This document shows positions 8,378 to 12,454 of a stretch of 12,454 nucleotides of DNA, one piece after another. Made by a program: the position numbers and the translations under genes. Under the pieces are notes generated by a model. It saw only the letters and a program-made list of their open reading frames with translations, did no database searches and was not told the DNA's origin. How positions within the stretch are numbered: the first letter of the stretch is position 1; every line of letters begins with the position of its first letter. The stretch comes from Paraspadella gotoi (lineage: Eukaryota > Animalia > Chaetognatha), in the NCBI GenBank assembly GCA_051294375.1, contig JBJCIZ010000256.1, positions 1-12,454 of the forward strand, read 5' to 3'.

Positions 8378-9729
8378 AATTTTTAGTCGGGATTCTGCTT
8401 TTCAGCAGATTCCGACTCTATAAATTCACTTTGTTTGGTCCGTCGGTCCGCCCCCCTCATCTTGTCGGGCCATTAACTGAATCATGTCAGAATATCGAAT
8501 TATGAATAAATTAAAGCAAATGATATGAAGTTTCGACGGAAATGCGTCAAAGTGGAAATGGTTTACAATGGAAAAAACAAAAAAATTATTATTACTATTT
8601 GGAACCGCCAATTACTCATTGAGTGGATGGGGCGATTGCACTTGAAAATTTTGTATGTGGGTTAGGAAAAGTGTGGTGATTAACTGGAAATCAAGTTTTG
8701 ATGATCGTCTAAGTGGAAATGAGTTTAAAATGGAAAAAACAAAAAACCTGTTTTCACTAATTGATTATGCTTCTTTTCTATTATATTAAATGTAATGTGC
8801 AGCATATTAATTAAACAAATAATTAATAGTTTAATTAATCATTATGTCAATTAATTAATCAATTAATTAATTAATCAGCCAATTAATTATTCATCAATCA
8901 ATCTATCCTATTATGCTTATTAATTAATTATTCAATCATCAAGTCAAATCGTATTGGCATTATTGTCAATCGTCATCAATCGTTGCTTTTCTCGTGGTCA
9001 GTGACAAAAAGACCTAAAAACAAACTTTTGGATCAAATTAATTAATCATTTAAAATTGCCTAATTAATTATTAACTTTAATTAATTAATTAATTAATTGA
9101 TTTAATTAAACCCGCTAATGATGCGTGGGCAGATTGCCGAATTGTTTTGCTCAAACTTGTTTTAAAAACTATTATTCTTTTTGCAACTTGTAACATTATT
9201 TTAATTGCACCATTTTTTCAACTTGCATCATTTTTTCAACTTGTAATCATTTTTTTTAAATTTAAATTAATTAAATCAATTAATTAACTAATTAAAACTT
9301 TATGAGTAACGCATAAATTATAAAATTTCAAATCACCTGATTCCATTAAACTTTATATTCTGCTGCACTTACAACACTTCCTATCCCACACCAAAATTTT
9401 CATCTCATTCTACAATCCAATTATAGATAATTTGATTAATTATGGTTTAAATTTAGTAAAATATTAATAGAAGACGTTTTTTTAATTTGTTTCAACAACG
9501 ATTTTTATTACATTTTGTTGAAACAATTAAAAAATATCTTCTATTAATTAAACAACAGACAGACTAGACGATGGACATCATTTTTTTTTCGCATAATTTT
9601 ATCAATAATTTAATGTCCTGACATGATTTTAGTTAATGCTCGACAAAGATTGAGGGGGCGGAACCGACGGACCTGACAAAGTGAATTATAAGATTCGGAA
9701 TGTGCTATAAGCAGATCCGACTAAAAATT
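8378..9729. mobile_element. 1.35-kb non-coding unit bounded by ~140-bp imperfect inverted repeats resembling Helentron-associated (HINE/DINE-1-like) ends
   Basis: 8378-~8520 matches the reverse complement of ~9587-9729. Each end is a T-run, a hairpin (AGTCGG..TCTGCT/AGCAGATTCCGACT), then GTCCGTCGGTCC. A second inverted match links ~8643-8700 with ~9345-9403. The interior is rich in TTAATTAA repeats. Confidence 0.7.
9463..9548. repeat. 86-bp near-perfect palindrome
   Basis: ATTAATAGAAGACGTTTTTTTAATTTGTTTCAACAA (9463-9498) pairs with TTGTTGAAACAATTAAAAAATATCTTCTATTAAT (9515-9548) across a 16-nt loop. Confidence 0.9.
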
Positions 9730-10016
9730 GTAACGGAGAAAATTAAACGTTCCGAGGAACATATTAACGGCCGTCACTTTGACAAGATGCCTTTTGTTTT
9801 TGAGGCTTCGTCAACGAAAGAGCTTTCATTCCTCTGAAAAAAAAAGGGAACTGGGGTTGATGCAGAATCGTTCTTTTGAGAGAGACATGACCGATAGTTT
9901 TGAGGATGATTATTATTATTCATAGATTATTATTATTATTATTGATTAACGCGCCCATGAATTTAGAAAAATTAATGAATAGCTCGTTTTCGTTCTTCTG
10001 TTTTCTTTTTAAAGCT

Positions 10017-10784
10017 ATGGCAACAGCCGGATTGCCTGTGATGCCCATCTGGGATGGGGCATCTCAACTGTTGGCTTTGGGGGCTTCCGACCCTGCAGTA
10101 CGCCTCCAGTCACTGGCAGCGGTTACCCTACGGACGGTCTCGCTTTGCCAAAGTAGAGGGAAGTCGTTAGGACTGTGGATGGAACACTAACGCCTGGGGA
10201 TGGTGTGTTCCCCCTGCTGAGTCCAATGGATTTGGCTGAAGGATGGTGGACGTGAGGCCGGTGTGAGATATACCGCCACAGATCCCGGGCCAAGACTCAC
10301 TCCAGGTTCCTCAGCCTAAAGGAAAGGGGGAGAGGTGTCTGAACAAGACTGTTACCAATAGTGGGGAGAAAGAGAGAGAGAGCGCGAGTTGTGGGGGCAT
10401 AGGCGTTTGTCGTAGCGTACCCCAGGGGCTTAGGCGTGTTAGTCACGTCACCGCGAAGTTGGCAGGGCATAGGCGTTTTCCCGTAGCGTACCCGAGAAGG
10501 TTTGCGTGTTCGATATAGGGCTCACCACTTAATGGCAACAGCCGGATTGCTGTGATGCCCATTGGGATGGGGCATCTCACTGTTGGCTTTGGGGGCTTCG
10601 CCGAACCTCAGTGACGCCTTCCAGTCACTGGCGCGGTTCCCTAGGCGGTCTCGCTTTGCCAACGTAAGAGGGAAAGTCGTATAAAGGACTGTGGATGGAA
10701 CACTACGCTGGGATGGTGTGTTCCCTCTGAGCCAATGGATTTGGCTGAAGGATGGTGGACGTGAGGCGGTGTGAATATCGCCCA
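10017..10784 (+). repeat. GC-rich unit: two ~260-bp direct repeats (10017-10278 and 10532-10784) around a ~250-bp spacer
   Basis: Both copies run ATGGCAACAGCCGGATTGC...GGACGTGAGGC.GTGTGA...CGCC(C)A and differ mostly by 1-bp indels. Confidence 0.95.
10383..10527 (+). repeat. Two ~70-bp tandem units with tRNA-Trp-like segments
   Basis: GGGCATAGGCGTTT...CGTAGCGTACCC occurs at 10395 and 10465. Unit 1 has GCGTGTTAGTCACGTC; unit 2 has AGAAGGTTTGCGTGTTCGA...GGGCTCACCA. Confidence 0.6.
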
Positions 10785-11179
10785 TCTCTTGCCCTTTCTA
10801 GCAGACAAATTTACAATAAACATATATAATTAAACTATGATAAATCCAAGCTCAATAAAGATGTTGGGCCATAAATCACAAATTCCTTGTGATCTGAACC
10901 AAAGTTATTCGCTTATTTTTATCGAGAAAAAAAAAATTCTCGAGAAGATCCTTATTTCCTTAATGTTTTTTCCCTCGCGTCGGAAATCTGTTGTCGAACT
11001 GTCTCTGTCTCATCCTCTCCAATTTACTTCATTCGTAATTGTATTTATTTATTTAAAAAAATTAGGTACTGCGCCGTGTGACATGTCCACTTGACACAGG
11101 GCAGGTGCCAATTTAATTTAAATTTTTTAAACAAATTTTTAAAAAATGCGTATTCGTTGCCTCGGAAATAAAATCGCTC

Positions 11180-11261
11180 TATTCTTTCTTTCTTTCCTCT
11201 CTCTCTCTCTCTTCGTCACTCTTCTCTCTCTCTCTCTCATCATCATCTCTCTCGTCTCTCG

Positions 11262-11300
<39 letters not shown>

Positions 11301-11431
11301 AAAAGGTCCTCCCCGGGCGAGGAGGAAAAATGTCCTAGAGATACGGTCGGAGTTTTTTGTTTTCGTGTCCGTGACGCCGCGGGGTGATCCTTGTGATGCT
11401 TTCGTGACGAGGAGAGAGAGAGAGAGAGAAG

Positions 11432-11463
<32 letters not shown>

Positions 11464-11482
11464 CAGAGAAGAGAGAGAGAGA
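11180..11482. repeat. (CT)n and (GA)n microsatellites flanking a GC-rich core
   Basis: CT tracts at ~11180-11297 and GA tracts at ~11409-11482. Smaller tracts also occur at ~695-760 (CT) and ~1474-1488 (GA). Confidence 0.95.
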
Positions 11483-11809
11483 CTTAAAATCCCAATTCAG
11501 CAAAACTTCTGGTTCCACCTCGAACGAAGCAAAAAAAAATTTTCTGTCTGTTTTTGTGGTCCCGACTTCTTGATCATAAATTGTTTTGTAAGAGAAAATA
11601 TAAAAATCTTTAACAATTAAAGCTGAAACCCAAAAAAAAAAAAAAAAGATGGATTTATCCAAGGCGACAACTGGCGACGCTAAAAACGCATTCCCTCTTT
11701 TTCGTTACAGGTATAATTTAAACAATAAATCAGGAAAACTTCCAAATGATGTTTATGTTTTTCATTAACGATATCTTCCGATTTAAATTTGCTTATTTTC
11801 ATTGAGTTT

Positions 11810-12110
11810 CCTCACATATTCTTTCTTTTTCTTTCCTTTAATTTATTCATTCGTGTATTTATTCATTCATTCATTCATCTTCTTTCTTTCTTTATTCTTT
11901 CTTTCTTATCTTGTCTTTCTTGCTTTCTTTTTCTTCTTTCTCCTTTTCTTTCTTTCTTTCTTTCTTTTCTTTCTTTCTTTTTTTTTTTTTCCTTTTTTTT
12001 CCTTTTCTTTCTTTCTTTTCGCCTTTTTCTTTCTTCTTTTCCTTTTTTCCTTCTTTCTTTTCCTTTTTCCTTCTTTTTTTCCTTTTTTCTTATCTTCTTT
12101 TAGCATGTTT
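11810..12110 (+). repeat. Low-complexity polypyrimidine (TTTC/TTCA)n tract
   Basis: About 300 bp of almost only T and C; it explains the Phe/Leu/Ser and Lys/Arg ORFs. Confidence 0.95.
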
Positions 12111-12454
12111 TTTCTTTATTCAACTTTAATTATTCATCTTCATTTCAAACATTTTTCACTTATAGTTCATCATAAACCGCGAAACGAAAAAGTATTAAAT
12201 TTGTTCAAGATGAAGATTGACCGTAGGAAGATGCAAAAGGTTGGGCTTTTGATAAATATTTTGCAAAACGTAGAAGAATTTCTTTTTTCCCAAAACAAAG
12301 GTGGAGGCCCCAAATCGTAAACCGAACAGTCCAATTCAAGTCGTGACTAATAAAAAATTTTTTTCTCATATTATTATTTAGTTTTAAATGTTGACCCTAA
12401 AAAAAAATTAAAAAATAAGCAAAGGGAGAAAAAATTTTTTTTCCGAAATTACTG

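Noticed and set aside
10465-10527. Functional tRNA gene
   Set aside because: The anticodon arm and T-stem partner are missing, so no cloverleaf can form.
10018-10784. Canonical TRIM/LTR element or retrozyme (TG...CA ends)
   Set aside because: No TSD, no polypurine tract adjacent to either repeat, and no hammerhead core in the repeats; kept only as an alternative reading.
11243-11662. 139-aa minus-strand ORF
   Set aside because: Built from (GA)/(CT) microsatellites and an A-run.
11649-11710. Possible host first exon MDLSKATTGDAKNAFPLFRY with AG|GTATAA donor
   Set aside because: No recognisable homology and no convincing phase-compatible downstream exon in the window.
11789-12320. Long Phe/Leu/Ser and Lys/Arg ORFs
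   Set aside because: By-products of the stop-free polypyrimidine tract.

Overview
AT-rich, intron-containing, microsatellite-rich eukaryotic DNA made almost entirely of nested or adjacent mobile-element pieces; no intact host gene is recognisable. The main feature is a spliced DDE transposase gene (498-~3980, +) of the 'Mutator-like' (PF20700-type)/Kolobok-like family, with four phase-consistent exons. It runs, through a frameshift-riddled middle, directly into an OTU cysteine-protease/deubiquitinase domain with an intact D-C-H triad (to 4640). Its first two predicted introns each hold an antisense, Penelope-type minimal hammerhead ribozyme motif, and its small second exon encodes two LC8-like QT motifs. 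Downstream lie a decayed CRE-like (RLE-type) non-LTR retrotransposon 3' fragment with an internal duplication, a 22-bp minisatellite and a 160-bp MITE candidate. Further on are a 1.35-kb inverted pair of Helentron/DINE-1-like ends, and a GC-rich ~260-bp direct-repeat unit that appears related to the CRE fragment and flanks tRNA-Trp-like tandem repeats. The many 1-bp indels suggest low-accuracy long-read consensus in parts of the window. All family assignments come from motif recognition by eye, not database searches.
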